Shown here: piece after piece, positions 27,953 through 38,227 of the stretch
How positions within the stretch are numbered: the first letter of the stretch is position 1
How the letters are laid out: every line of letters starts with the position of its first letter
Translations under genes and position numbers: made by a program
Assembly (NCBI GenBank): GCA_016205975.1
Contig: JACQSK010000015.1
Span: 10,624-74,623 of the forward strand
Reading direction: 5' to 3'
From: Candidatus Uhrbacteria bacterium
Lineage (GTDB): Bacteria; Patescibacteriota; Patescibacteriia; UBA9934; GWF2-40-263
Length of the DNA: 64,000 nucleotides
Notes under the pieces: generated by a model
Told to the model about the DNA's origin: nothing
The model's database searches: none
Seen by the model: only the letters and a program-made list of their open reading frames with translations

Positions 27953-29749
27953 ATGAGCATCTTCTCTCGCGGTACAGATCATCGTCTTTATCTATTCTGC
28001 ACTCTGTTGGTGCTGATTTTTTTGTTGGGCATAGTGATCGGTGGTTCAACGCAAGAAAAGGGAGCCTCTCAAACCGAGCTGGTAAGTGGTCCGGTTTTTT
28101 CGTATGGTTACGCCGCCGCGTCGTTTTATGAGAGAGCCAACGGGACGGCAGAGGCGATCGGGAGAACGAGAGCGCACTCGGCGATTGTGGCACATCATCT
28201 TCTCGTCGCAGACAAGATCGCGCAAGTGTTTGCTGCGCTGGGAGACGGGAAGGAGAAGACGGTCGTAATTCTTTCGCCGAATCATTTTTTTGCTGGACGT
28301 TCTGCCCTGCAGACGACGACAGGATCCTGGACAACGCCGTTTGGGGAGGTGGAGGTTGATCGTGAGAGTGTCGGCGCGCTCCTGGCGGCCGTGCCGGAGC
28401 TGTCCCTCGAGCCTGGGACGTTCAAAGAGGAACACGGCGTGGCTTCGCTCACGCCATTTGTGAAAACGTGGTTTCCCGAATCTAAGCTCGTGCCGCTTGT
28501 GATTCATGACAAGGCAACCGATGAAGAAGTCGCGGCGCTCGCTCGAGCGATTGAAGACGAACTTCCCGACGCTCTCGTGATTGCCTCGATCGACATGTCG
28601 CATTATCTTCCCGAGCACATTCAAGAGTATCACGATGCGGTGACGATGCGATCGATCGCGCAGGGCGCGGCGGACTTCGATCTCGAGATCGATGCCAATG
28701 ATGTGTTGCAGACACTGTTTGAAGTGAATCGTCTGCGCGGGGACCAGCAGTGGGTACAGACGCATCACGGAAGCTCGCTCGCGATGGAGGCAACGGACGA
28801 CTGGCGAGAGAATACCAGTCACATCCTTGGATATTTTATGGATGGCGAACCCGTGCCGGATCCGTTCGTGAGTTTGCAGTTTGTCGGCGACGTCATGCTC
28901 GATCGCGGCGTTCGTATCAAGATGGAAGAACACGGAGCGGCTTATCCATGGGAGAACGTCCAGCGTTTCCTGCAAGGATCGCATCTGCGCATTGCCAATC
29001 TTGAAGGGACGGTGAGTGAGAAGGAGATCCCCATGACCTACGAGTCGCCGTTCACCTTCACCTTTGCGCCGGAGTTCATAGAGGCGATGAAGCCGTTCAT
29101 CGACGCGGTGAGTCTTGCAAATAATCACTCAGACGACTTTGGCGCAGAAGGTGAACAGGAGACGCGGGATCGCCTCGCCATCGATCTCGGGATCGATTGG
29201 TTCGGAGGCTCCTCACGTTCTGATGATATTTACCGATACGACCTCTGTGACCAATCGGGGTGCTCTCTTGGGATCAGTCTGATCGGCTTCAATCAGTTCG
29301 GATTCCCGATTCCCGACCTGACCCCCATTATTGAGGCTGAGGATCAGGCTGGGCGGTTTGTCATCGTCGTGCCGCACTGGGGCGAGGAATATGTCACGGA
29401 GCCACAGGAGAGCCAGCGCGAGCTGGCGACGGCGATGATCGCGGCTGGCGCGGACTTCATCGTCGGCGCGCACCCCCACGTCGTCCAGGGGATCGAAGTC
29501 ATTGACAACGTCCCTGTCGTTTACTCGCTCGGGAACTTTGTCTTCGATCAAGGCTTTGATGAGACCGCGCGTGGCCTGACGCTTGGTGTGATTCTGGACG
29601 ATAGAAGTGCTACACTTTACCTGTCACCGATCTCGACCCTGGACGGACAGCCAACGCCCATGTCAGACGAGGAAGCCGCACAGCTGCTTCTTGATCGAAA
29701 CATTTCAGCAAACTCTCTAACCATTTTTTATGATGAACCTTCATCCTGA
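27953..29749 (+). CDS. AmmeMemoRadiSam protein B (Memo-like) fused to a CapA/PGA_cap metallophosphoesterase
   Basis: N-terminal TM; HHLL, ILSPNH, EHG, ASIDMSHY (Memo); GDVMLDR, NLEG, SLANNH, PHWGEEY, GAHPHV, YSLGNFVFDQ (CapA). Confidence 0.88.
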   Translation: MSIFSRGTDHRLYLFCTLLVLIFLLGIVIGGSTQEKGASQTELVSGPVFSYGYAAASFYERANGTAEAIGRTRAHSAIVAHHLLVADKIAQVFAALGDGKEKTVVILSPNHFFAGRSALQTTTGSWTTPFGEVEVDRESVGALLAAVPELSLEPGTFKEEHGVASLTPFVKTWFPESKLVPLVIHDKATDEEVAALARAIEDELPDALVIASIDMSHYLPEHIQEYHDAVTMRSIAQGAADFDLEIDANDVLQTLFEVNRLRGDQQWVQTHHGSSLAMEATDDWRENTSHILGYFMDGEPVPDPFVSLQFVGDVMLDRGVRIKMEEHGAAYPWENVQRFLQGSHLRIANLEGTVSEKEIPMTYESPFTFTFAPEFIEAMKPFIDAVSLANNHSDDFGAEGEQETRDRLAIDLGIDWFGGSSRSDDIYRYDLCDQSGCSLGISLIGFNQFGFPIPDLTPIIEAEDQAGRFVIVVPHWGEEYVTEPQESQRELATAMIAAGADFIVGAHPHVVQGIEVIDNVPVVYSLGNFVFDQGFDETARGLTLGVILDDRSATLYLSPISTLDGQPTPMSDEEAAQLLLDRNISANSLTIFYDEPSS

Positions 29750-31622
29750 GGACAATGAGTCTCGATCTGTGCGACCATGGCTTCTCTATTTGATCGGCGG
29801 AGCTCTTATCGTCGTCGCGTTTGCGACGGGCGTTTTTTTCTCTGATGTGATGGAGAGGCGTGCTGGCGATGTGTACCCGATTGTCGACGAAGAAGCCCTC
29901 GAGGAGGAGGGAGCTCCAGGATTCACTCAGGACGAGGAAGGAGAACCCGTCAAGTACACCGCCACCGGGACGCTCACGATCGATTGGATCGCTCCTGACG
30001 AGCAGCCGAGTTATCCGGACGATGGCGTGTTCGATCGAGCGATGTGCTACGACGTGTACGATGGAGAGATGGGCAATAGCTGTGCCGAAGACCCCGACGG
30101 AGGGCCTCGTTGGTCCTACAAACTTGGAACCGTGGAGGGCGGCGCCTATGACGGACGAGATGTGGTCATGACAAGCGTGCCGATGTCCGGCATGGGAGTT
30201 TATTACGAGACGTTCTATCTTCTCTATGATCCTGCGAGAGAACAGGCGCCGGTGATTATTGATTCCCAGACACGAGGGGAAGGGTGGACTCTTGGCGACG
30301 GGAACGCGATCACCGCTACGGAGCTGATCGGCGAGACTCGTCTTGCAAAACTTTCAGGCTATGTGATCGACACCGAAGCGCTGATTCCCGAGCTTGCGAT
30401 CGACAGGGCGCTGGTGGAACCACCACCCGGGAACGAATTTGCTTTTGTCGGCTCTTGGAGGCGTTTGTATTCTGACGAGGCGATTTCGCTCACAGGGGCA
30501 ACCGCGTCGACGACGCTTTCAGATGGGAGGACTTTGTATCTCTGGGAGCCGAAAGTGGACGCCGATGGAATGATCCTGGAAGGTCAGACAGGGGTCGGTA
30601 AGAACTTGTTTTACCTGGTCGATGAAGATGGTCGGGTGCTGTTCTATGATCTCATCGTTCCGTTTTTTGCTAACGAGGTCGATCAGGAAGGATATACAAA
30701 CCAGGCCATAGGCATTCCCAACGTGGAGTGGAAAGATGGATCGACCAACGACGCAACGTATCTGAAAGGGGACGTGGGTGGATGCGGGTTCACGACCGTG
30801 ACGCATGTCATCTCTCCTGCGGTTGTCACGTCTCTCGATTTGCAGTATGCCGGCGTAGGTGTCATGCCAGGAAGGGGAACGGAATACCCCGTGTACGAGC
30901 CCGAGAGCTACGAGAACGCGTATTACGAAGACGCGTTCAACGCCGTGACCTTTGGGGGCGAGGGCACAGAGCCCAAGACGTACGACGATTACTCTCATCC
31001 CTATTTTTACTTCCAGGATTCTTTTGGCCGATGGATCGAGTTCATGAGCAACGAGCTGATCCCACCGGTGGAATGTGGCAAGCCGGTGGTCTATCTCTAT
31101 CCTGAGCAGGAAACGGACCTGGAGGTCTTCGTGCATCCGCGCGGCGGGTTCTCCTCTACCGAGCCTGAGTACGGCGATGGGTGGGACGTGACGGCCTATC
31201 CCGACGGCCACCTTGTGAACCGAGCGGACGGCATCGGCTATCCGTACCTGTTCTGGGAAGGTCGTGGTGGACTGTATGCGCCGCCGAGTTCGTATTGGGT
31301 CATGGCTCGGTCGGATGTTGAATCATTCTTGAGAGCCACGCTCACAAAAATGAATCTGAGCGGAAACGAAACGGACGACTTCATCGAGTTCTGGCTGCCG
31401 CGCATGCAAGAGGCGTCGTACTACAAGATCGGTTTCCACGACACGCGGGTGATGGATGCACTTGCTCCACTCAGCTTCTCGGTCGCACCTGATCACGTCT
31501 TCCGCATCCTGATGGATTACTCCGAGCTTCAAACTCCCGAGCCGTCCAAGCCACCGGCACGTCTGCCTCGCGCCAACCGCGAAGGGTTCGATGTGCTTGA
31601 ATGGGGCGGCGTGCTTCGCTAG
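29730..31622 (+). CDS. Membrane-anchored acidic hypothetical protein with C-terminal KPVxYLYP domain
   Basis: Single N-terminal TM; ECGKPVVYLYPE, YPYLFWEG, DFIEFWLP, VLEWGG. Confidence 0.8.
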   Translation: MMNLHPEDNESRSVRPWLLYLIGGALIVVAFATGVFFSDVMERRAGDVYPIVDEEALEEEGAPGFTQDEEGEPVKYTATGTLTIDWIAPDEQPSYPDDGVFDRAMCYDVYDGEMGNSCAEDPDGGPRWSYKLGTVEGGAYDGRDVVMTSVPMSGMGVYYETFYLLYDPAREQAPVIIDSQTRGEGWTLGDGNAITATELIGETRLAKLSGYVIDTEALIPELAIDRALVEPPPGNEFAFVGSWRRLYSDEAISLTGATASTTLSDGRTLYLWEPKVDADGMILEGQTGVGKNLFYLVDEDGRVLFYDLIVPFFANEVDQEGYTNQAIGIPNVEWKDGSTNDATYLKGDVGGCGFTTVTHVISPAVVTSLDLQYAGVGVMPGRGTEYPVYEPESYENAYYEDAFNAVTFGGEGTEPKTYDDYSHPYFYFQDSFGRWIEFMSNELIPPVECGKPVVYLYPEQETDLEVFVHPRGGFSSTEPEYGDGWDVTAYPDGHLVNRADGIGYPYLFWEGRGGLYAPPSSYWVMARSDVESFLRATLTKMNLSGNETDDFIEFWLPRMQEASYYKIGFHDTRVMDALAPLSFSVAPDHVFRILMDYSELQTPEPSKPPARLPRANREGFDVLEWGGVLR

Positions 31623-31628
31623 ACAAAC

Positions 31629-31665
31629 AAAAAACACTCGGGTCAATGACTCGGGTGTTTTTTAT
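31629..31665. repeat. Hairpin/terminator repeat, copy 1 (left of TA module)
   Basis: AAAAAACACTCGGGTC-AAT-GACTCGGGTGTTTTTTAT; near-identical copy at 32316-32351. Confidence 0.8.
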
Positions 31666-31725
31666 GGAGCATTTGACCACTCGTCTTGAGGATGATAGAG
31701 TAACAAAAATTGTTACAGTTTATCT

Positions 31726-31944
31726 ATGCGCAACATCGTCAACATTTCCCTACCAGGCAGTCTTACAAAAGAAGTCGAACGTGGAGTCAAAGAATTCCAT
31801 TTTGCTTCCAAGAGTGAATTTTTTCGGCATCTGGTCCGAGAGTGGCTCACAGGACACTTGGTTTTGGACTTGGCTCAGAGTCGTCGTGAGTACGCCCAGG
31901 GGAAAGCCAAAGTTTTGTCGAACGTAAAAGATCTTTGGAAGTAG
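31726..31944 (+). CDS. Ribbon-helix-helix antitoxin
   Basis: NIVNISLP...FASKSEFFRHLVR; promoter TTGACC(31673)-17 bp-TAGAGT with palindrome GTAACAA/TTGTTAC (31700-31716). Confidence 0.82.
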   Translation: MRNIVNISLPGSLTKEVERGVKEFHFASKSEFFRHLVREWLTGHLVLDLAQSRREYAQGKAKVLSNVKDLWK

Positions 31945-31948
31945 TGTT

Positions 31949-32209
31949 ATGGCGGAAGTTCTCTACACGCCGCATTTCAAGCGTGACGCAAAACGCTTGC
32001 CGGTTTCTCTGCGCAAACTTATTGAGGATCGGCTCAAGCGTTTCAAAACAGATCCGTTCGATCCCTTACTCAAGACTCACAAGTTAGACGGGAAGCTGCG
32101 CGGACACTGGTCGTTTTCCATCGACCACAAGATTCGTGCGATCTTTAGCATCGAGGACAAATCAGTGTTTGTCCTTCATGCGATCGGTGATCATTCCATC
32201 TACGATTAG
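31949..32209 (+). CDS. RelE/YafQ-family toxin
   Basis: YTPHFKRDAKRL...LKTHKLDGKL..WSFSIDHKIRAIF...IGDHSIY. Confidence 0.87.
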   Translation: MAEVLYTPHFKRDAKRLPVSLRKLIEDRLKRFKTDPFDPLLKTHKLDGKLRGHWSFSIDHKIRAIFSIEDKSVFVLHAIGDHSIYD

Positions 32210-32315
32210 GAACAAATAACCTATGCCTCCAGAAGACAGAGCTTCCTTCTGTCCATCCTGTGGCTATCCTGCTCATGCTGGTCACGCGCCGAAATGCTCG
32301 GTTGTTGCAGGAAAG

Positions 32316-32351
32316 AAAAAACACTCGGGTCATAGACTCGGGTGCTTTTAT
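32316..32351. repeat. Hairpin/terminator repeat, copy 2 (right of TA module)
   Basis: AAAAAACACTCGGGTC-ATA-GACTCGGGTGCTTTTAT. Confidence 0.8.
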
Positions 32352-32520
32352 ATCTGGGGTGGAAGTGCTGTTTCTGGCTTGCCGTGTGACTTATTCCAGT
32401 TCATCTACCTCTTTTCCTGTGCGGTCAATTCCCAGATGATTTCCGTCGAAGGACAAGCCAGGACGGGGTTCTTGCCCACCGAGACCTCAGTGGTATTGGC
32501 GAGACACGATACTGCACAAG
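32316..32520 (-). ncRNA. Putative structured minus-strand small RNA (~200 nt)
   Basis: Promoter TTGACA(32554-32549)-17 bp-TAGCCT(32531-32526); stems CTGGCTTGTC/GGCAAGCCAG and CCACTGAG/CTCGGTGG pair fully only on minus; ends at hairpin + T6. Confidence 0.35.
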
Positions 32521-32636
32521 AGGACAGGCTACCAGAAGGTCAGGTTTCTGTCAAACGATCGTGGGCTTTTCCCTGTAAAAGCAGCTGATTACTCATTTCT
32601 TGACACAGCCCTCTCATCGGCTAAAATGCGCTCACT

Positions 32637-33050
32637 ATGAGCAACCACTTACAGCGTATCCTCGACCTCGTCCGCCGAACGGGAAACACCATGGTTGTCG
32701 TTGAAAAGGATCAAGATCAGGGATTTGTCGTCATGGACTTGGATCAGTATGAGGTTCTCCTAGATTCTCAGATCATTTCACCCACTCGTCCAGAATCCTC
32801 GACTCCCAACATCTGGGACGTGATGCCGGAGGCTAAGGAACAAGGGGAAACATGGGATCCAGACAGTCTATCCGAGGCAGAGATGGCCGAGTTGGAGAAG
32901 CAATACGAGCAGTTTGCCAAGAGAAACGTGAAGGTGGCGATACAAGAGACACAGACTGGGCCAACACCGGTTGAGCCTCCAAAGCCGCCAGAAACCAAAA
33001 AAGACGAGGACTTTGGCGAAGAAGAGTTCTATCTTGAACCTGTGGACTAA
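32637..33050 (+). CDS. Hypothetical acidic protein
   Basis: 137 aa; promoter TTGACA-16 bp-TAAAAT about 10 nt upstream of ATG; C-terminal EEEFYLEPV. Confidence 0.8.
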   Translation: MSNHLQRILDLVRRTGNTMVVVEKDQDQGFVVMDLDQYEVLLDSQIISPTRPESSTPNIWDVMPEAKEQGETWDPDSLSEAEMAELEKQYEQFAKRNVKVAIQETQTGPTPVEPPKPPETKKDEDFGEEEFYLEPVD

Positions 33051-33176
33051 GAGGGGAACCCAGAGACTTGCGCGATTTCAGGCCCTTTGTTATACTTTCG
33101 CACGTCTTCAAAAAAGGAGGCACGGATCAAAAATCATAAATAATTTTGGGTAAAAATTGCCCTTACTTTCAATCGT

Positions 33177-34370
33177 ATGGCTGAAGTCTTTCAGCGCACT
33201 AAGCCGCACGTGAACGTCGGTACCATTGGTCACGTTGACCATGGCAAGACCACGACCACGGCCGCCCTGCTCGCCGTTTTGAACGCGAAGGGCATGACTG
33301 CCCAGAAAAAGGGCGTGGATGATTTGGATAAGGCTCCTGAGTCCAAGGCGCGTGGAATCACGATCGCCACGGCTCACTGTGAGTATGAGTCCGACAAGCG
33401 TCATTATGCGCACGTCGACTGCCCAGGTCACGCCGACTACATTAAGAACATGATCACCGGTGCCGCCCAGATGGACGGAGCCATTTTGGTCGTGTCGGCC
33501 GCTGATGGTCCCATGCCTCAGACTCGTGAGCACATTCTGCTCGCTCGTCAGGTTGGCGTTCCAGCCGTTGTCGTGTTTTTGAACAAAGTCGATCAAGTGG
33601 ATGACCCAGAGCTGATTGATTTGGTTGAGGAAGAAGTCCGCGACCTGTTGAAGAAGTATGAGTTCCCAGGCGATGAAGTGCCCGTGATCCGTGGCTCAGC
33701 GCTCAAGGCGCTTGAGAACCCGACAGACGATGCGGCGACCAAGTGCATCATGGATCTCGTGAACGCCTTGGACACCTACATCCCAGAGCCCGTGCGTCAG
33801 ACCGACAAACCCTTCTTGATGCCAATCGAAGACGTGTTTTCGATCGAGGGTCGAGGAACCGTGGTGACAGGTCGCATCGAGCGCGGCATGGTCAAGATCA
33901 ACGAGGAGCTCCAGATCGTCGGTATGCGTCCAGAGGCCATGAAGACGGTCGTGACCGGTATTGAAATGTTCAACAAGCAGCTTTCTGAAGGGCGCGCTGG
34001 CGACAACGCAGGTTTGCTCTTGCGCGGAACGAAGAAAGAGGAAGTCGAGCGCGGCATGGTTTTGGCCGCTCCTGGTTCCATCACCCCTCACACCGAGTTT
34101 GAGGCCGAGACGTATGCACTCACCAAAGAGGAAGGCGGCCGCCATAAGCCATTCTTCAAAGGCTACAAGCCACAGTTTTACATTCGCACCACGGACGTGA
34201 CGGGCGAGGTGACACTGCCTGAGGGAACAGAGATGGTCATGCCGGGCGATACCGTGAACCTGACCATCAAGCTCATCCAGCCTGTGGCTCTTGAAGAGAA
34301 GATGTCTTTCGCGATCCGCGAAGGAGGTCACACGGTTGGCGCTGGTGTGGTAACAAAGATTATCAATTAA
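33177..34370 (+). CDS. tuf: Elongation factor Tu
   Basis: [30 protein letters not shown]; own promoter TTGCGC-17 bp-TATACT (33068-33096); hairpin 34376-34409 downstream. Confidence 0.98.
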   Translation: MAEVFQRTKPHVNVGTIGHVDHGKTTTTAALLAVLNAKGMTAQKKGVDDLDKAPESKARGITIATAHCEYESDKRHYAHVDCPGHADYIKNMITGAAQMDGAILVVSAADGPMPQTREHILLARQVGVPAVVVFLNKVDQVDDPELIDLVEEEVRDLLKKYEFPGDEVPVIRGSALKALENPTDDAATKCIMDLVNALDTYIPEPVRQTDKPFLMPIEDVFSIEGRGTVVTGRIERGMVKINEELQIVGMRPEAMKTVVTGIEMFNKQLSEGRAGDNAGLLLRGTKKEEVERGMVLAAPGSITPHTEFEAETYALTKEEGGRHKPFFKGYKPQFYIRTTDVTGEVTLPEGTEMVMPGDTVNLTIKLIQPVALEEKMSFAIREGGHTVGAGVVTKIIN

Positions 34371-34429
34371 CCCATGAGGAGCTCCGGCGCGTTGCGTCGG
34401 GGCTCCTTATTCGTTCTTTTTTGAAGCTT

Positions 34430-34762
34430 GTGACTGATCAGAACAAACAACCAGACGAGAAAGCGCGCATCCGCATCAAGATTCGTGCCTACGATCACAA
34501 GGTCATCGACTCCGCTACTCAGACCATCATGAAGACGGCTGAGCGGTCAGGGGCGGTGGTGATCGGCCCGGTTCCTCTTCCCACCGAGAAGCGGAAGTAC
34601 ACCGTGAACCGTTCCACGTTCGTCCATAAGGACTCACGGGACCAGTATGAGATGCGCGTCCACAAGCGCATCATCGACATCACGGATCCTACCGAGAAGA
34701 CGATCGACTCACTCATGAGTCTCAATCTTCCGGCAGGAGTAGACGTTGAGATTAAAACCTAG
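34430..34762 (+). CDS. rpsJ: 30S ribosomal protein S10 (GTG/TTG start uncertain)
   Basis: [43 protein letters not shown]. Confidence 0.96.
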   Translation: MTDQNKQPDEKARIRIKIRAYDHKVIDSATQTIMKTAERSGAVVIGPVPLPTEKRKYTVNRSTFVHKDSRDQYEMRVHKRIIDITDPTEKTIDSLMSLNLPAGVDVEIKT

Positions 34763-34915
34763 CGACGTTTGAACAAGGAAGAAAGATCTCGGGCAACAGT
34801 CAGATCTTGGAGAAAACCTTCCTCGTGCTTTGAACGCCGCTCTCGGGAGACGCGTATCCTCACAACTCACATTCCTCACGCTTGGAACCAACGGCCAACG
34901 CCGTTTTCGATCATG

Positions 34916-34998
34916 AGGCTAGAAGCCAGAAAAGAATCAAGGATTCTGTTCTGACTTCTAGCTTTTACAGTTGGAAGTTAGAGATTGGAGGTTGGATA
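34916..34998. repeat. Heptamer repeat tract and hairpin in the rpsJ-rplC spacer
   Basis: GCTAGAAGCCAGAA...TTCTGACTTCTAGC hairpin, then TTGGAAG TTAGAGA TTGGAGG TTGGATA. Confidence 0.65.
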
Positions 34999-35004
34999 GA
35001 CATT

Positions 35005-35631
35005 ATGGCATTCATCATCGGACGCAAAATTGAAATGACGCAGAAGTTCAAGGACGATGGAACCGTGGTTCCTGTGACGTTGATTCTGGCTGAACCAAAC
35101 GTAGTGACGCAGGTGAAGAGCGAGGAAGCCGACGGCTATAAGGCCGTGCAAATCGGTACAGAGGTTCGCGATGCGCTCTCCAAACCTCGGACAGGACATC
35201 TGAAGGATATCCCTCTGGTTTCCCTCTTGCGCGAGTTTCGTGCGAGCCCGGGCGAGCTCAAGCGCGGAGACGCGATCACGGTTGAGGCGTTTGCTCCCGG
35301 AGTGCACGTCGATGTGGTGGGAATCTCCAAAGGACGCGGCTATGCGGGCGTCATGAAGCGACACCACTTCCATGGAAAGAAAGCCACGCACGGAACCAAA
35401 GACCAGGAACGCATGCCAGGGTCTATCGCCTCACAGCGTCAGGGGAAAGTGATCAAGGGCCAGCGCATGTCAGGACACATGGGCACCGATCGCGTCACGG
35501 TTAAAAACTTGGAAGTCATTTCTGTCGATCCCCAAACGAACGTCATCGCGCTAAAAGGCGCCATTCCAGGAGCGCGCGGGGGACTGGTGATGATTAAAAC
35601 CAGAACAGGCAACACGGTATGGCAAGTGTAG
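35005..35631 (+). CDS. rplC: 50S ribosomal protein L3
   Basis: IGRKIEMTQ, DGYKAVQIG, SKGRGYAGVMKRH, MSGHMG, KGAIPG. Confidence 0.96.
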   Translation: MAFIIGRKIEMTQKFKDDGTVVPVTLILAEPNVVTQVKSEEADGYKAVQIGTEVRDALSKPRTGHLKDIPLVSLLREFRASPGELKRGDAITVEAFAPGVHVDVVGISKGRGYAGVMKRHHFHGKKATHGTKDQERMPGSIASQRQGKVIKGQRMSGHMGTDRVTVKNLEVISVDPQTNVIALKGAIPGARGGLVMIKTRTGNTVWQV

Positions 35632-36254
35632 AACTCTACTCCGAACAAGGGGAGGCAAAGGGCACGCTCGCATTGGACGATCGTCTGTTTGGCGTGACCG
35701 TCACTCCGGCGCTGGTCCACCAGGCCGTCGTCACCCAAGCCGCGAACGGTCGCGCGTCCATTGCGCACACGAAGACGCGAGGCGAAGTGCAGGGCACGAC
35801 CAAGAAGCCTTGGAAGCAGAAGGGAACAGGACGCGCCCGACATGGATCCCGCCGCTCGCCGATTTGGATCGGCGGAGGCATCACCTTCGGTCCGCGCTCC
35901 GAACGGAACTTCAGTTTGAAGATGAACAAGCGCGCGCGCCAGAAGGCGCTCGCGATGGTGCTGAGTGACAAGGTCGCCAATGGCAGGGTTGTGGCCATTG
36001 AGCAGCTGACACTGACGGAAGGAAAGACAAAGTCCCTCATGAGCCTCTTGAAGAAGCTGCCACTGACCGGACGCAAGACGCTTGTGGTTTCCGAACCCGA
36101 CAACAAGAGCGTGGCACGCGCGGCGCGCAATCTGCGCGGCGTCGAGACGATCCCGGCCAATGCTCTGAACGTCGTGGATCTTCTGCGCGTAGATCAAATC
36201 GTCGTCACCGTGCCGGCGGTTGCGGTCATGACCCATCTCTTTAAGCGTATCTGA
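35619..36254 (+). CDS. rplD: 50S ribosomal protein L4
   Basis: TKTRGEV, KPWKQKGTGRARHGS, GGGITFGP. Confidence 0.97.
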   Translation: MASVELYSEQGEAKGTLALDDRLFGVTVTPALVHQAVVTQAANGRASIAHTKTRGEVQGTTKKPWKQKGTGRARHGSRRSPIWIGGGITFGPRSERNFSLKMNKRARQKALAMVLSDKVANGRVVAIEQLTLTEGKTKSLMSLLKKLPLTGRKTLVVSEPDNKSVARAARNLRGVETIPANALNVVDLLRVDQIVVTVPAVAVMTHLFKRI

Positions 36255-36255
36255 T

Positions 36256-36648
36256 ATGGGGATTTTTAACCGATTCAAGAAAACCAAGCACGAGCCGGAG
36301 GCGGCTCAAGAGAAGGCGACGGTGGTGATCCCCACGGCTCAGGGTTCGGTCACGATCCAAAAGCGCGCGACCTCCGACGTCATTGTGCGTCCTCTGGTCA
36401 CCGAAAAGGCCGCCATTCTTTCAAGCGGCAACACATATGTCTTTGTGGTGCGCAAGGATGCCAACCGCATCCAGGTGCGCTCGGCCATCAAAGAGATGTA
36501 CGGCATCACCCCGGTGCGCGTGAACATCCAAAACGTGCCAGGCAAGTGGGTACGTTTTGGACGCTCACAAGGCAAACGGTCAGACTGGAAAAAGGCTTTG
36601 GTGACGCTGCCTGCAGGCAAGACGATTAACGTCCACGAAGGAGTCTAA
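36256..36648 (+). CDS. rplW: 50S ribosomal protein L23 with N-terminal extension
   Basis: [13 protein letters not shown]...[15 protein letters not shown]. Confidence 0.95.
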   Translation: MGIFNRFKKTKHEPEAAQEKATVVIPTAQGSVTIQKRATSDVIVRPLVTEKAAILSSGNTYVFVVRKDANRIQVRSAIKEMYGITPVRVNIQNVPGKWVRFGRSQGKRSDWKKALVTLPAGKTINVHEGV

Positions 36649-36650
36649 GT

Positions 36651-37499
36651 ATGGGAGTGAAACACTACAGACCGACGACCAATGCACGGCGCCTCTCAAG
36701 CGTGGACGATTTTTCTGATGTCACGAAACATTCGCCAGAAAAGAAACTTACGCTCAAGAAGAAAAAGTTTGCCGGCCGCACGAAGGGCAAGATCACCGTC
36801 CGCCATCAGGGCGGCGGCGCCAAACAGCGCATTCGCATCATCGATTCCCGCCGAGAGAAGTTCGACATCCCCGCCCGCGTGGTGGCGATCGAGTATGATC
36901 CAAACCGCGGCGCGCGCCTGGCGCTCCTGCAGTATGCCGATGGCGAGAAGCGATACATCATCGCACCTCTGGGTCTTGGGGTAGGGGCATCCATCATCTC
37001 ATCCATGCAAAAGGGCGAGATTCAAACAGGCAACCGTTTTCAGTTGCAGCACATTCCCGTGGGCATGCAGGTGTATGACATTGAGCTGAAGCCCGGCAAA
37101 GGCGGACAGATGGTCCGCGGCGCCGGCACGACAGCTCAGCTCATGGCCGTGGAAGGCGCCTACGCCACGCTGCGTTTGCCTTCGGGGGAAGTGCGCATGG
37201 TCGCCAAAGAATGCCAGGCGACGCTGGGACAGTCATCCAATCCGGATCGGCGCCTCATCCGATGGGGCAAGGCAGGACGCACGCGTCATCGCGGCATCCG
37301 TCCCACGGTTCGTGGAAAAGTGATGAATCCCGTTGACCACCCCCACGGCGGTGGAGAGGGGAGAAACCCGATCGGACTCAAGCGTCCGAAGACCCCGACA
37401 GGCAAACCTGCCCTGGGCGTGAAGACACGCAAGCGCCAGGCGTCAGACGCGCTGATTGTTACGCGCCGTAAGCGCGGACGGTTCGTCGGTAGCTCGTAA
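36651..37499 (+). CDS. rplB: 50S ribosomal protein L2
   Basis: [30 protein letters not shown]. Confidence 0.98.
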   Translation: MGVKHYRPTTNARRLSSVDDFSDVTKHSPEKKLTLKKKKFAGRTKGKITVRHQGGGAKQRIRIIDSRREKFDIPARVVAIEYDPNRGARLALLQYADGEKRYIIAPLGLGVGASIISSMQKGEIQTGNRFQLQHIPVGMQVYDIELKPGKGGQMVRGAGTTAQLMAVEGAYATLRLPSGEVRMVAKECQATLGQSSNPDRRLIRWGKAGRTRHRGIRPTVRGKVMNPVDHPHGGGEGRNPIGLKRPKTPTGKPALGVKTRKRQASDALIVTRRKRGRFVGSS

Positions 37500-37503
37500 T
37501 CTT

Positions 37504-37821
37504 ATGTCACGAAGCATTAAAAAAGGATCCTACGTCCACCCGAAACTCTTGAAGAAACTCGCGACGCGCAAACCAGGCGTCGGGGGCCCGATCAAGACCT
37601 GGGCGCGTTCCTCCACGATCACTCCGGAAATGGTTGGATTCATCTTCGCTGTCCATAACGGTCGCGATTTTCTCCAAGTGCGCGTGGTGGAAAACATGGT
37701 CGGTCACAAACTCGGAGAGTTTTCTCCGACGCGGAAATTTGTGAAACACGGTGGGACCACCCAGAAGCCAGAGGAAGGCGGAACTCCTGCTTCTTCTCCC
37801 GCTCCGGCCGCTAAAAAATAA
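37504..37821 (+). CDS. rpsS: 30S ribosomal protein S19
   Basis: [33 protein letters not shown]. Confidence 0.97.
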   Translation: MSRSIKKGSYVHPKLLKKLATRKPGVGGPIKTWARSSTITPEMVGFIFAVHNGRDFLQVRVVENMVGHKLGEFSPTRKFVKHGGTTQKPEEGGTPASSPAPAAKK

Positions 37822-37826
37822 GATGT

Positions 37827-38219
37827 ATGGAAGTCCAAGCGAAAGCACGCTACCTGCGCATGTCTCCGACCAAAGTTCGGCTGGTGATTGATATTGTCCG
37901 CGGGATGAAGGTGCGCGAGGCCCAGGCTCAGCTTGCTTTCATGAAAAAGGCCGCGGCCGAGCCGGTCCTCAAACTCTTGAACTCGGCGATCGCCAACGCG
38001 ACGCACAATTTCCAGATGGACAAGGACGGGCTCTACATTAAGTCGATCGTCGCAGATGGGGGACCGATGCTTGGACGCTTCCGCGCGCGCGCCATGGGAC
38101 GAGCGGCTCCGATCCGAAAGCGCAGCACGCACATCTCGATTGTCCTGGACGAGGTGAAGAATCGCACAAAGGCAAAAGCTCAAAAGAAACAACAGACGCT
38201 TAGCACGCAACCAGCATAA
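37827..38219 (+). CDS. rplV: 50S ribosomal protein L22
   Basis: RMSPTKVRLV, KLLNSAIANA, RARAMGRA..IRKRSTHI. Confidence 0.97.
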   Translation: MEVQAKARYLRMSPTKVRLVIDIVRGMKVREAQAQLAFMKKAAAEPVLKLLNSAIANATHNFQMDKDGLYIKSIVADGGPMLGRFRARAMGRAAPIRKRSTHISIVLDEVKNRTKAKAQKKQQTLSTQPA

Positions 38220-38227
38220 TCAATCCT

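Noticed and set aside
27953-29749. Memo-CapA fusion as a novel protein
   Set aside because: This fusion is already familiar from CPR genome annotations
32223-32588. 121-aa ORF as a complete gene
   Set aside because: Only the first ~30 codons look coding; the rest crosses a terminator repeat and an oppositely oriented promoter unit
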